Shown here in pieces: positions 1 through 13,431 of a stretch of 64,000 bases of DNA (within the stretch, counting starts at the first letter, position 1; the number at the start of each line of letters is the position of its first letter). Position numbers and translations under genes: made by a program. Under the pieces are notes generated by a model, which was not told where the DNA came from, searched no databases, and worked only from the letters and a program-made list of their open reading frames with translations. Source of the DNA: Takakia lepidozioides (lineage: Eukaryota > Plantae > Bryophyta). The stretch is taken from the NCBI GenBank assembly GCA_030704615.1, contig CM060733.1, positions 37,882,001-37,946,000 of the forward strand. The letters are read 5' to 3'.

Positions 1-627
1 GCCTGGGGCAAATTAAAAAACAAGACAAACCCTACTGGTTTATTTGATGGTATCCTTATAAAGGGAACCATGGATTTTGGATTGATGTTTTATGCGGAAG
101 GAGGAACGGGTTTGGACGGGTTTGTGGACGCAGATTGGGCACCTGGCGATCAAGAAACAAGACGATCTACCTCTGGATTTGTGTTCCGACTTGGGGGATC
201 ACCTGTAACATGGTCGAGCAAGAGACAGCCATCAGTATCCTTGTCGTCAACCGAGGCGGAGTATCGAGCCATAACTGAAGGTACCAAAGAATCGATGTGG
301 TTGCAGACTCTTACTCAGGAACTTGGCTTCCTCATTGGTAAGGCAATTCAACTTTGGTGTGATAATTCAAGTGCTATCAAAATGGAGAACAATCCATTGT
401 TTCACACGCGTACTAAGCACATAGAGGTGCATTACCACTTCATTAGAGAGAAAATACTAAAAGGAGAAGTAGACTTAGACCATGTTGCATCAGAGAGTCA
501 ACTTGCTGACATATTCACAAAACCATTTGGGAAACAGAAGTTTGTCCATTTCAGAGATGCCCTAGGATTAGTCAGCCTACAGCAAGTAATCAACCAACAA
601 AAGACTTGCTCTACTCGTGAATGCTAA
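1..627 (+). mobile_element. Ty1/Copia retrotransposon pol 3' end (RNase H domain)
   Basis: ORF 70-627 has the Copia RNase H motifs DADWA...RRSTSG, WSSKRQ.SVSLSSTEAEY, CDNSSAI, RTKHIEVHYHFIRE and QLADIFTKP. Confidence 0.95.
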
Positions 628-920
628 CTAGTAGATCTTCTTGTTTGGATCATAAATAGGATAGGGTAAAGTATAACCAGTAGAACAGTATGCTCCTGTA
701 GGATAGTCCATAGAACTCTCAATCCCAGATTCATACCACTATAGACAAGTCTTCAGCAATCTGGCAAAGGGGGTCAACTTTTGGTCTTTCACTCAAGGAC
801 AAAGCCGACTTTTCTCTCAATATTTGTGGACCAGAGCGAGCGGTCTTTCCTACACAGGCCATAATCTGCGAGATGCTCGAGATAACCACGAAAGAGAAGT
901 GTTCTGGGTGTGAGAGAGGG

Positions 921-1278
921 TGTTGAGGCAGTCCACCCACACCCAGGCTCATGATCGTAGACCTAGTGGATACTGGAGGACATACACTATTACTATGAAG
1001 CTATTTAGATCACTTAGGTATTGGAATTAACACACCCATGTAGTATACCGATAGATCAGGCATAAGTGAATGCACTGCTCCAAGATTCTAGATAGTGGCT
1101 GGCTACCATATGCCTTAGTAATTGCAGCTCCATTATAGCTAGCGATAAGGCCCATGTGGTGACCATGTGGTCATGCTCTATCTCTTTCTCTCTATCTATC
1201 TATGTGACAAACACTATATATGTACCCTCACCTCCGGTGTAAAAAGTAGTTGAATATGAACAGCTGAGTGTTTCAACA
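921..1278 (+). repeat. 3' LTR of the Copia element (358 bp)
   Basis: Polypurine tract GAGAGAGGG (912-920) directly followed by TGTTGA. Ends in TCAACA at 1273-1278 (6 bp inverted ends). TATA-like sequence near 1215. Confidence 0.8.
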
Positions 1279-1480
1279 AAGAGGACACGATAATTACATC
1301 AAGAAACCTCCAAGAAACATTCACAAGATCAAGAACTTGTCTCGGCCAGCAGACAGTAGGATGAGAATCGCATAGGAGAAACGGAGCAAGATGGACACAG
1401 AGTAAACCAGAAGGGACGACGAGGTTTACATGTTAATGCAAGAAATGAGAGAGAGAGAAAGAGAGAGAGAGAGAACTCAC

Positions 1481-1601
1481 AGAAAATTCCAAGAATTGTG
1501 CCGATCACCATCTCCTTGGGGATAATTTTAGTGTGTATATGATCATGGCCGTGGTGCGCTGCATGGGCCGCGCCCTGCACTAGCCTCCTTGGGATCGCCA
1601 T
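1481..1601 (-). CDS. COX5C: First coding exon of a cytochrome c oxidase subunit 5C-like gene; the remainder lies left of the window
   Basis: MAIPRRLVQGAAHAAHHGHDHIHTKIIPKEMVIGTILGIF resembles the plant COX5c N-terminus (..PSVVKELFIGLALG..). It is followed by a GTGAGT donor at 1480 and a CT-repeat intron. Confidence 0.6.
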
Positions 1602-4600
1602 CTCCGCAGCCCTGTGTTGTCTCTCTCCTCTACAAGCTTGTGGGTCTGTTGAATCCTACACTAACAAGTCCTTCCTTTGTGAGTCTGTCTGATCTCGTCC
1701 TGCAACACCGCAGCCGCAGCTTTGCTCCTTGTCTGTAACCGCCGCTCTCTTTCTTGCGAGAAAGACAGGCAGTTCATGTCTCATCCACTACATCTCCCCG
1801 AAATTCATCCAAATCATCGAAAAGGCCACCTCAGGACACTGGATGAAGAACGAAGTCTGTAGAACGCTGAACGTTGGAAGGATGATAAATGTAATGAATG
1901 CAATGGGTTGGGAGAGTCATCCATGGCTCTGCTCGCCCTCTTCTTCTTCTTCTTCTTCCTTCACTGCTCGTCTGTACTGACGCTCCGAGAGTGAGTATGG
2001 CTGTGCTCCTTCATGTTTGCGTGGATTGATAGGAACCTGTTGTCAATTTCATCGCACAATTTCAACTCACTTACTGTCTTCCTATCGAAAGCATTCAGGG
2101 ATTCGGTGTTGAAAATGATTTCCGTTTCACCGCTGTATGCATTCCTTTCCCGTCCCCGTATTCTTCCACCAGTAAGCTCAAAGGCTCGTATGGCCCTCGA
2201 TATCAAGAATACACGAGCTCAGGAGGCATCTTCACCTCACTCGTTAGGTTTAAGTTCAGTGGTGACTCCTGTCTCTTTTTCCTTCCTACCTCCCTTGAGT
2301 TTTTATGTATTCCAACGAGGGGTTGGCCAAAGTTTTCTGTCATTTCTAGTTGCAGTGGCACTCGCCTCCAACATTGCTCCGCCTTCTTCGTTGGACTATT
2401 ATGAAAACATTCCTCAAACTCTCTCTGGTACTCTCCTTCTCTCGAGAAAAAGTAGTTTAACTGATGGTTTTGCATTTGATTTGGTTTAGCTTTCCTGAAA
2501 TCTTGAGATAGGTCAGGGGAAAAAGTGGTATGTGAGCCTTCCTAGCTCCGTGAATGGAGATAATAAGTTACCATTCCTGTTTGTATGGAACTCTAGTTGA
2601 GGATAAGGAGGATAAGTGCAGAAGTGCCGGATACAGCTACGACAGCATTTCTACTTGTCAGATTGAGAAGGTTTTAGAATAGTACAGAGAAATTGAGTAG
2701 GTAAGTATGCTGGTTTCCTTACTTTTGAGTGTCCCAACTCATCATTTCTCCGATTGTGTTTCGAAGCAAACATATAGAAAAGAGGATGCGCCTTGGGCCG
2801 AAATTAACTCTTCATTTGCTGCATGAGGACAGTCGAAGGTAAGAAGAATTCCAGTTAATCAAGTACATAAATGTCTTGTGAAGCACTATATACTCAAATT
2901 TCTCAAATTTACAATGCTTCTTGGTGAACAACATTGGATTGTGTTGGAGTGTGCCTTAGGATTGAGGAATGTGCCTGCAAACAGTTGCTTTTGAACCTGC
3001 ACAGTAGATTGGGATGTGCTTTCAGCTTTATAATGCTTATGAAAGGTTGGCTTTCATTGTCTGACACGCATTCGTGTTGGTAGGTTAGGCTTGGCATAAT
3101 GCCAAGACGCTGTTGCTTTGTATCCTGCACCGGTGTCTGTCGTATCTCTTGTCTGTCTTATCTCCTTTGGTTCCCAAGCAGGTGAGGAGAAAGTGCGAAG
3201 GATACAAAGGCCCAATTCTCCCAAGGCTGAGTCATGTACCCGCAAGTGTGTGTCCACCTGCATTCGGGGTGGGGCTGGAGGCCCTGGTGAGGGACCCTTA
3301 AATGTCCGCAGGTAAATCACTGAACTTAGCTGCAAGCTTCCCCCCATAATTTCTCTCTCTTCTAGACAGTGTCTACTGGCAGTGTCACAGTTTTTGACGA
3401 ATTGGGGACCAGCATTGGTGGAGTGAACATTTTGGTTTCTAGCAAGATGTGTAGACCAGCCTCTAACTTCAACACTTTTCTCCCTGCAACCACATTGGCA
3501 TTGGCACTGACTATGTAATTGCCATCACACAGTTGGGCTGAGGCTTCGTACCCGGTATGTAGAAAGCCCCCACTCCCATGGGCAGTGTGCCCTCCAGGAT
3601 GGGTAATAGCCAGTGTTTGCACGGTACACTTGATTAGTATATTCTCTTCCCTCTTGTCTCTACCCTCGTTCTCCAGTGTACATTTGCAAGCAAAGGCTGT
3701 GGATAACAGCTTTCAGATGCATCCTTCGACTGTCGCTTGCCATGGCAAGCCCAACTCATCTAATCACATGAATCCATCTCCCCCTTCTCTGTCATCCATC
3801 CACATACAGACCCACTGCCTTTGACATTGTTAACTTCGTGATCTTAATGTGTTGCAGGCCTCTGGTGGTTTTCAAAGAGGGATTCCGTAGCCGCCAGTAC
3901 TGGTATGCAACTTGCTTAAACCAACCCAGTGCCATTCTCATGCATTCGGTTATTGCATAGGACTGTGTCCTGTTTTCTATTCCTGGGAAGACCAAGAGAA
4001 GAAAAGGTTAATGGCTAAAAACAACGTAATTGTGAAGCTGCTTGCCGTCAAACACAAAGGGGACCCATAGAAATATCTTTTGACGGCCTATTTCTCTTAT
4101 GTATTTTCTATTCACTACAGTATTCATTTTCTGATACACTGTCCGGGGTTTTCTCACCAAAGAGACGCTCTCTTCAAATCTATTAAGGGAATTGTGCCTG
4201 TACCCCTGTTTACCAACTTTGAAAGTCTCGAGGCTGAGCCAAAAGCCCAGGCCCTCCTGAGGCCTAGTTTTTGGGCAAATCACACACAGCAGATTGATGC
4301 TTGTGTGAAGGGATTTCTAGAGGATATCTGGAAAACCCGGATTAATTCTTTATATGGAGGTAAGTCTTACTACCAACGTCAGCCCCTGACAGAGGTAGGT
4401 TCTGTCCCTTTTGTTCCCGCTCAAACTGGGCGCGGGGTCAATGGCCACAAGGCTACGGCAAACAACGTCTTATGAGTACAATCTATTCACTACGCATTTT
4501 ATGTATTGAGGTAAATCCCAACAATTAAGCAAGCCTGTAATGAACCCCATTTCTTCCTCCTCCACCAAAACCTGGTCAGTCCAAAACATCTCTGGTTACA

Positions 4601-5929
4601 AGGCTATGCCAAGCGAAGACTGATAGTGCACCCACATCCATGTGGTAGTGAAATGTTTTATGAACGAACAGTGATCTTTACTGACTACGGAACTCTGGGC
4701 GGAGAAAACAAACTGCACATTAAGCATGCTGTGGCAAGATTGATGTCTATTGTGCAAAGTTACATCCTGCATGGACAATGGCCGCAAGGCTAGCATCTTT
4801 GTATTGACAGTATGAACACATATTTTGGATTTCTCACAAACGGAAAGTGTTTGTGGACCTAGCACTCAGTTTTTTTCACCGACATAGTGTTGAAGACAGC
4901 TATGTGACCACATCCGCTTCACATGCTCCTATGCTTTCTGCATTTTAGTGTGTCCAATTGAATTGCCTTAAGTTCTGACAGAAAAATCTGGCGTGTGTGG
5001 CAGCCTCGTGGAATGCAGTGACATATGCAACTTAATTGGTGATGGTGATGACGGACCTTGAACTTGGAAGTGCAGTTGCCTGACAGATTCTTTGTCATAC
5101 TTTCCAGTAGAGGGAAGGAGGGCTAGGTCCAAGCCTTTGTAGTAGCCATTGTGGTCTTTGGTTTGCTTTAACTCCCTCTCCTAGCTGAATTGATAGCTCT
5201 TCAAGCAAGGTGCATAAGGCCTCTTACTAGGTTTCATCTGCGGTGTGTTGAAACATCCGGGGATACCTCCACGCCCGGAGTGGCACTATTTGCTGACATT
5301 ATCTGAAATGTTGGAGATGTCCATCATGAATGATTGACACAAGTTCAGGGAGTGAACGAGCCCAACCCCTTTGTGGGACTTGTAATGCAGAGCTTAAGCT
5401 TGTTCCATGGGAACAGGATGGAACAGATTGCATATGTGATACTAACTTGCTGGTTTTAGTGGGGCTGTAACATTCAGAATAAAGGAACTCCCTCCTATTG
5501 TAAAAAAGATCTCATCAAACAACATGCCCTGAAGAAGGAATTCTCTCCGTCCTCACCAAATCGTCTGAAGCATTATTTTTCAAATATGTGAACTTTTAGT
5601 TTGTGTTTTGAAAATTAAACTTCCGGAGCTTATCACACTTCGTTCATGTAGATAACTTTTTCTTGAATTTTGGATGCTATGAAAATTTTAACTTTTTCCT
5701 TAAAATAGTATGTTATTTGGGTATATAAGCATTGCCCTCCGGTTGGCACTAGACATAGGATGGGAGTTGAATACGCACACAAGCCTTGTAAATAATCAGC
5801 GGAGCTAGAGGGAGAGGTCCCCACCCTTGTCAAGTCCAATGCTTCTTGTGCTTTATGCCCCATCCCAGCTCCGTGCTCCATGTTCCAGCACCTTACTCAC
5901 TTGCTCCTACTGCGTTGCTTCCCTGTTCC

Positions 5930-6690
5930 CGATTCCCTCTCCCCACTCCCATGTGTTATTGCTCAGTTGATTCTCGGACTTTTGCTCTCTCCTTTTGGAG
6001 GAGTAGAAATTACACAAGGGAGGAGCTTCCCTCTCCCCACTCCCATGTGTTATTGCTCAGTTGATTCTCGGACTTTTGCTCTCTCCTTTTGGAGGAGTAG
6101 AAATTACACAGGGGACAACAGGGGAGCACAACCAAGAGAGGGAGGGGGGGAGCAATAATAACATGGGAGCGAGGGCAATAACAGGGGAGCGGCAGAGCAG
6201 TAACACTGAGGAGCCCGAACAAGGGAGTTAAGGGGGGAGCAATAGTAGTAGGGGAGCGAGTGCTCTCTTCTTCTAGGGCAGTAACACAGGGGAGCGGGAG
6301 TAGTAACAAGGGGGCACGAACAAGATAGGGAAGGGGGGCAGCGATAATAACAGGGGAGCGAGAGCAATAATAGGGGAGTGGCGGAGCAATAGCACAGAGG
6401 AGCGGGAGCAGTAATAAGCACTAACACAAGGGAGCGGAAACAGGGGAATAGGGAGCGCGACGATTGTGGAACGGAAGAGCGGAGATCGGAGATCGGCTTC
6501 AAGGACTTCGAATTTATGGGAATACAAAAAATTTATGTTTTCTTCTTTTAATTATTGAAGAGATCAACACAGGGGAGCGGAAACAGGGGAATAAGGGGCA
6601 TGACGATTGGGAACGGAGGAGCGGAGATCATCTTCAAGGACTTCGAATTTTTTGGAGATACGAAAAATTTATGTTCTTCTAATTATTGAT
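5930..6690. repeat. Local tandem duplications and G-rich degenerate minisatellite
   Basis: ~93 bp unit at 5934 and 6027; ACAGGGGAGC-type units at 6110-6450; ~140 bp unit at 6425 and 6565. Confidence 0.8.
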
Positions 6691-9589
6691 GAGAACAACC
6701 ACACCATGGCCAAGGTTTGAACCCAAAAACTCCCAGAATCAGACAATACATTCAACCACCAAACTGTCCACCACTTTTTAATATCCTTCCAGAATTTTAA
6801 TGTTTTACTCTATAATGCAGGCACAATGGCAAGGCTATGGGGTGGGGATTTGACTTCGGGCCGGCCAAGCAGTGTCTTTTTTTGAAGACTGCAACGCCCT
6901 TCAAAAGAAAGGCCAGATAAAATATTAACCTTTCATGATAAAGGACTAAAAACAAAAAAAAACTCGCAAATGAAAGTCTAAGTTTAATAATGAAGGGTTC
7001 AAGCCTCAAGGTACAAGTGCTTAAACCCATCCATTGCCCAACTTGCAATAGCCATTGGAGGTTCCAAATTCCAGTTTTGCCAATGGGTCAAATTCCATTT
7101 TGCGAGAGTGTGGGCTCGAAGTGGAGGCAGTGGAAGGCCATGGATTGGACTGCCATTTTTGAGATTTGGAGTGGCATGAAGAACCGTAAGGTAGCGGTAT
7201 CTTAAAGTGTGCCTTTAAGCAACATACATGGCTCAAAAGGTGCAATGTCACAAAAATTACATGTGCAGATCAGCAAATGAAGCAACAAATTCTTTGTGCA
7301 AAGCACATAATTTTCGGTTCACAGATGTAATATACATGAATTATCAAAGTTAAGGTACACATTATCCCACTTTTGCTCAATAGATCCCCCTTAATGCCAT
7401 ATATTCCTCCTTGATATAAGCGTAAAGGTGCCATGTGTGCACAAGGTGTGCACATACATTGATCCCCAAAAATATCCAAAACCAAGCCAGATACGTGATC
7501 GGAGCCAACTGCCTCTTTTGAGCCCACCTTATGACGAGAGTTCTGATTTTCATCATCCACCAAGCCGCTACTCCAATGGGCATCTTCAAGGTATCAACTT
7601 CATGGGAACTGCTTAAACATAACTATTTGTATTGATTTGAGAAAACATAATTGCCACATCTCATTTTGTTCATACAAAGATTCTCGTTCATAGTACATCT
7701 TAGATTTCAATATCATCCTAACTTGCTAATTTTTTGTTAATGACGCTTTTGGGTTGTAACAGCAAATGCATTTGGATTTCCCTATTTAACTCCACTGCAA
7801 GCCCTAACAAAACCCTACTACGCACGTCGCAAACAAAAATTTCGACATGGTATCAACTTTGCGTATGCCGGAGCAAGTGCACAAAATGACACTCACACTA
7901 TCAAGTATTATCTGAAGACCCAAATCAATCAATTCTTTGATTTCAAAAGACCCATGATAACTATTGTTTTTGACTAATCATGTTATTTATTATGCATGTT
8001 GAGTAATATTTTAATGAATTCAAATGATGTGGGGTTGTAATCATTATACTATGTATCAAAAGAATGTTGTTATGTAAACCTAAATATTTGGAGAACTTTG
8101 TTGTATTGATATGTAAAATATTCATTGTAACAGAGCAAATATTCACTAAATGGTTACTAACATTGAATTGAAATTTCTATATTTTTAAATATTTGCAGCA
8201 ATTTTATCGAAGGAATATTTACCAACCTCAAATGATTACAAAACTGGTTTATACGTTGTTCATGTGGGTGGAATGACTCACTTACGAGTGTAAGTTGAGT
8301 AATATGTGACCCAGAAACGTGACCAAATTTATTATACCCCAACAGATTTTGGCAGGGTCATTGCAGGCACAAAGATTATACTCCCGATGAAGGTGCCAGA
8401 AATTTTTTGATGTTCCACAATCCCCCTCAGGGTTGTTCACCATTGTGGCTTACATTAAACATGGAAAAACCCAATGTTTCAAAAGATGGATAGGGGTGTT
8501 TGATTCCTCACAACAATGTTGTCAAAACATACAACAAAGGCTTGAAAAAGGTGGAGAATATTTTACGTAAAAATCTTCCAGAAATTACCATATATTTCGG
8601 CAACTACTTCACATCCACTATGACCTTATAAAAGATCCACAACATTATGGCAAGAGTTTCACTTGTAATCTTTTATTCCATAAATTATTTAATATTTTAT
8701 TGTTTGGACTAGGTAGTAGAAATTGTGCTGAAATATTTTACATTTTGGCTCAACTCTACAAAATTCCCTAAATAGCCTCATCACACAAGGTATATTGGTA
8801 GAATCGGTGCTATTTACAGGTATCTATTTTTTTGAGATATATTTTTTCAAAATATTGAACCAGCTATAGTCGGTTATGGATGACCGGTTAGATCCGGTCA
8901 TCCAATTGTGTAGTCAAAGCGTCATAAATATGTATGATTCAAAATACATGTGTACGCCAAAAGTTCATTGTGACCCAATCTTGTATACACAGAGTTGAGG
9001 TTAGATATTAATGGCGTTTTGTCTTACATCATCCATGTCCAATGGTGGTTGGTTATGATCAGCCCTTTTCTTTTCATTTCTGCCTAGGCGTGGACGTGGC
9101 AAAAAAATTCTAGGGTTAAGTACAGAGGTGGCGACTTGTACAATGTCCATGTAGATCCTACCTATGCAATATGGCGATTTCTTCATAACATATATATTAC
9201 CCAGGCGATACATCTACAAATGGAGGCAGAAACAGGTGGCGAAATTAGCAAATGTATTGTAGCAAACTGGCTATGATGAAAAAGCCAAGGTAGCACATCT
9301 GACTGGCACCACTGATTGAAGTGAAACAACAGAGTTTCCCGAACCATAGCCCAATTGCAAGGAGCAATATGACACTACTGACATAAGGGACAAAAACCAA
9401 TTGCCCACACTATAGCCCACTGAAAATAGGCATTTTGGCACTAGCCAAACAAGTCTAGCATTGGAAGCTAGCCACCATGGCATGAAGAGTGCAAGAAATC
9501 TGAATTGCCTATGTAAACTGAGGGAATCTCACTACAATTGCGGAGATGATGGAAACAAAGATGATGAAACCTTGTAAGACTTTATTTAC

Positions 9590-9762
9590 TTCGACATCTC
9601 CCACACCGCAGGTCCAAAAATCGTGAGACCAAGCCCGTGCACCCCTCCTCGTCGAGGGCTTTCCAACGGTACCAAGCACCAAGGCTGGGGCCTTGCGGTT
9701 TGGGACATCTCAACGTGACAAAACAAAACAAAACAAAACAAACGTCTTGCTTCATAGATTGA
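9590..9762 (-). mobile_element. 5' fragment of a non-autonomous Helitron family
   Basis: Minus strand reads A|TCAATCTATGAAGCAAGACG(TTTTG)n; same sequence as the units at 30987, 32022, 33912 and 60286. Confidence 0.7.
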
Positions 9763-10104
9763 TGTAAGAACTTAATGTACACGTGCAATCTTAGGCAGGC
9801 CGGTACGTGGGTTTTTGACATGTCAAATCTTCCCCACCTTCTCTTTGAGTGACATAGAACCGAAGAGAGTGTAACTCCACTCACGGTTACACTAGGTTAC
9901 ACGGCGGGGAGTGTAAACTCTACTTAGGGCTACCCCGGGTTACATGGAAGGGAGTGTACCCTACTTGGTGTGACTCGCATTTGGTCTCGAAATTTGAGTA
10001 AGTATAAAATGGACTAAGAATAGTTATAGAAGACATAGGGTGACACTACCCAATGTTACAATAGTTGGAGTTACACAAACCCGAGGTTGCAATGGCCAAG
10101 GTTA

Positions 10105-10185
10105 CCACGAGCCAGCCGTCGAGGATTGAACCAACACCTCACAGCCTATAGTGTAGTCGCCTTAACAATAGGCTACTCACCTCTC
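10105..10185 (-). other. tRNA-like (SINE-head-like) relic
   Basis: Minus strand GTAGCCTATTGTTAAGGCG (A-box/D-arm-like) and GGTTCAATCC (B-box-like) at tRNA spacing; no clean cloverleaf. Confidence 0.35.
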
Positions 10186-13031
10186 CATGCCAATCTCTTG
10201 CATTCTAATGTATTTAATAGTGAATTCGAGCTAAAAGGGGGTGGGGAGGATTTGATAGGGGGCCTACCGGACGTACCATCATATTGCTTGCATGCGTCCA
10301 TTAAGTTCTTACATTATTCCTATTGTTTTCCATGAAGCACATTAACATTTACAAAATGACACTTACATAACATCCACTCTTTTTACATGAGGTATTGGAG
10401 GCACAATCTCAATAGCATATGCTTGCAAAACATTTCATGCATATACAACTAGCACATAGGCGATCGTGTCTCTCGAAAACAACCTCCATCTCAAGTCTAG
10501 AAACGTTAACATATAAGTATCTTGTTGTATTGTATTAGCTTCTAATCACGTTAGTATTATCTTATGATTACCTTCTATTCTTGTGATTGGTTATGTTTTA
10601 GCTGGATATTTTCTTATCTTAACCTAGTTGAGAGCTTAATTATGCTTATCTCAAGCTAGCTCGAGAATAGCTCATAGGCTTTATAGTCCACTGAACATTC
10701 ATTAAAGGCCAATCAATGAAAAGGGGAGTATACATTTGTTAACAAATAACACTTGACATTTGCTAGTATGCACAAGTAGGGCCGCGCTTCCTCCACTTTT
10801 CTCTCAAACAAATAATATAAAATAAAAATAGGGGAGTAAAATTCTCTTGACATTTATGGTAGTTTAACGTTTATACATGTGACATTTATCTAGGACAGAT
10901 TATAACCCTCACTACACTACACAGACACACATACTTCTTTGAGAGTCTCGCATGTGAGTTTTTTTTTGGGTTAGTTCTAGAATGTTATTAGTAGTATTGA
11001 AAGTTAGACATGTTTCAATATTATCATTGATTATAAATATTGCATCATATAATCCCTTAAATGGTTTGGTTTGTGGTGGTCTCTAGGATTTAACAAGAGC
11101 ATAATTTTGGACGCAAATTGCGGGTGGGCAACCCTACAATTACAACTCATGTGCGATTTGTGGACACAACAGTATCCTCACAAACGGAAGACATATGAGA
11201 TACATCTTGGACCCTAATGACTACATAATTTGATATGGTATACACTTTACGGAGGCCTTCTACAAGATTGTCGCCAATGGAAATCACTACATGCCACAAA
11301 TCACCATTTGTCCAAAACTACTCATCATTGGCAACCACTCCTAGCTGGTGTGATTGTATTTGAAAGAAGTACCAGGTGAAATGGTTGAGAGTGGCGTTGT
11401 TGTGTTAAGAGACTTCAAGGATTTGGACAAGGCCTATGTCAAGGCCAAATTGGATACTGGGTGAGAACTTACGTCATTGTACTTTGGATATAGATCTCAT
11501 TTTTGCTTCACTCACCTGGGAACTCTAATGGACTTGACCGTTGCAATTCTTTTGAGTTGTATATGCTTAGCGAGTTTTTGCAACTTAAAAGCCAATTTGA
11601 CCTAGGTTGATGCATTATACAAACCTGAAATCATGGCTTAGGCCTAGTATAAAATTGACCAATCGAACCGATATTCCATATGGACACCATTTTTTTCACC
11701 CTCAAATTGTTTTCAAATAGTTCTTTGACTCCACTCAAATGGTAGAAGCTCTTCATCCAACCACTGAAATGTTTTCCACGCGTAAACTTTACACGTTGCC
11801 CTGGTTACGACCAGTGTTGGGCGGATACTAGTTTTTTTTAATATCTGCTACAGCAGTACAACAAAGTTCAAGCATCTCTTGTACAAATTTCCGAACTACG
11901 ATCATTTTGCTCAAGCACCTGCAATACTGTATATGAGGAAGAGGCATATATGTAATCAATCCTACCGGCCCCCCTGGTCCCCCTGCATGTTATGGAGTTT
12001 AGCCAGTGGCAAGAGAAAGCGGACAGATTTTACTATGAATGCATCCATCATGGACCCAACAAATGGTGGCAGATGAATTCAACAAGCATAATTCAGGAAA
12101 AAAATATGGAAAGGAATATAATATCTGTGGTTTTAAAAGGAGTTGAGGACCTCATGAAGGTTAACTTGGACAACAAATGGGAAGAGAAAGAAGCAGTCTA
12201 TGTACCCAGAGGTGGAGATAGCATTGATAGCATGGTTCAAGTATCAAACATGCTCATCTTCTTATTTTTTATATGTTTGGGTAACCTTAATGTTTCAAAG
12301 CTATTTACCTAACCATGAAGGCTAACAAGGTTTCCAAGTATTAAAAATTCGGTTTTAGATATCCACTGATTCCGGGTATTACCAAGATGACAAACAATGG
12401 ATCCGGGTATGCATCCGGTTATTAATTCTAGGGCGGTTATCAGCCGGATATTGACAAGTATCACACATGGTATATAATATTTCTTTCACATTTTCATATC
12501 CACTGATTATGCATCTACCCAGTTCCTAAATATTCTGATTCCGGATATGTTGATATCCAGGATATCCCAATGACTTCATATCCGGTTCCGACTATTAAAA
12601 GGTGTTTACCTTCCAAACCGAAGACAGTGATACCATAAATTACATGTGTTTTGCCAAGAGTTTTTCTCCCTTCCTTCATTCTTATATGGTTCATTATCTC
12701 TTTATATTCCAAATTTTAAATAGAAAAAAAACATATCTTAAAATAACTATATTTCAAATAATATCTAATTAAAAATATTATTAAATTAAAATTAAAAACA
12801 TATTCAATCAATGGTAATATTTTTGATAGAAAGAGAAAAGACTCGCAGGGGCATTTCCAGTCTCATGGAAGGAATGGACAAAAAACACGATTGACACCCT
12901 TGGTGCCGCACAAAAACCTCCAATATTCACAACCATGACAACCTCATATTCAGGAGAACATGAAATGCAGATATTGAATGGATTCTCAGTGACACCATCC
13001 CATTTGCTTTGGTTTTGCGCACCTGACAATG

Positions 13032-13431
13032 CGGATTGCACTTGGACTTCGATGACACTGGGCCAGTATATGGGAGATGCACTTGGATACATGAATAGAA
13101 GATTGCACTTGGGCTTAGATTTCAATTCTTCACACATGGGCCAACGGCATAGGCTACACTAGAGGTTGCACTTGGGCCTCGACATAGGAGACCCACTTTG
13201 ATACATAAGAAATTGCACTTGGGCTTGGATTTCAATTCTTCACAAATGGGCCTTGACATAGGAGACGCTACTTGAATACATAAGGGATTGCACTTGGACT
13301 ACACATGGGCCGATGGCGTAGGCTACCCTAGGCCTAGATCTCCCAAACAGGAGGGTCTCTAGATACACAGGGGATTGCACTTGGACTTAGTTGACACTGG
13401 AGACTTGGGCCAACGGCACAGGCTACCCTAG
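13032..13431 (+). mobile_element. 3' fragment of the same Helitron family
   Basis: Satellite-like GCACTTGG units ending in CTTGGGCC-AAC-GGCACAGG (imperfect hairpin) + CTACCCTAG|T. Confidence 0.7.

Noticed and set aside
7270-12720. Possible decayed genes and MITE-like motif clusters (GTTACAC near 9.9 kb, ATCCGG near 12.4 kb)
   Set aside because: No recognisable domain, TIR or TSD that I can support.
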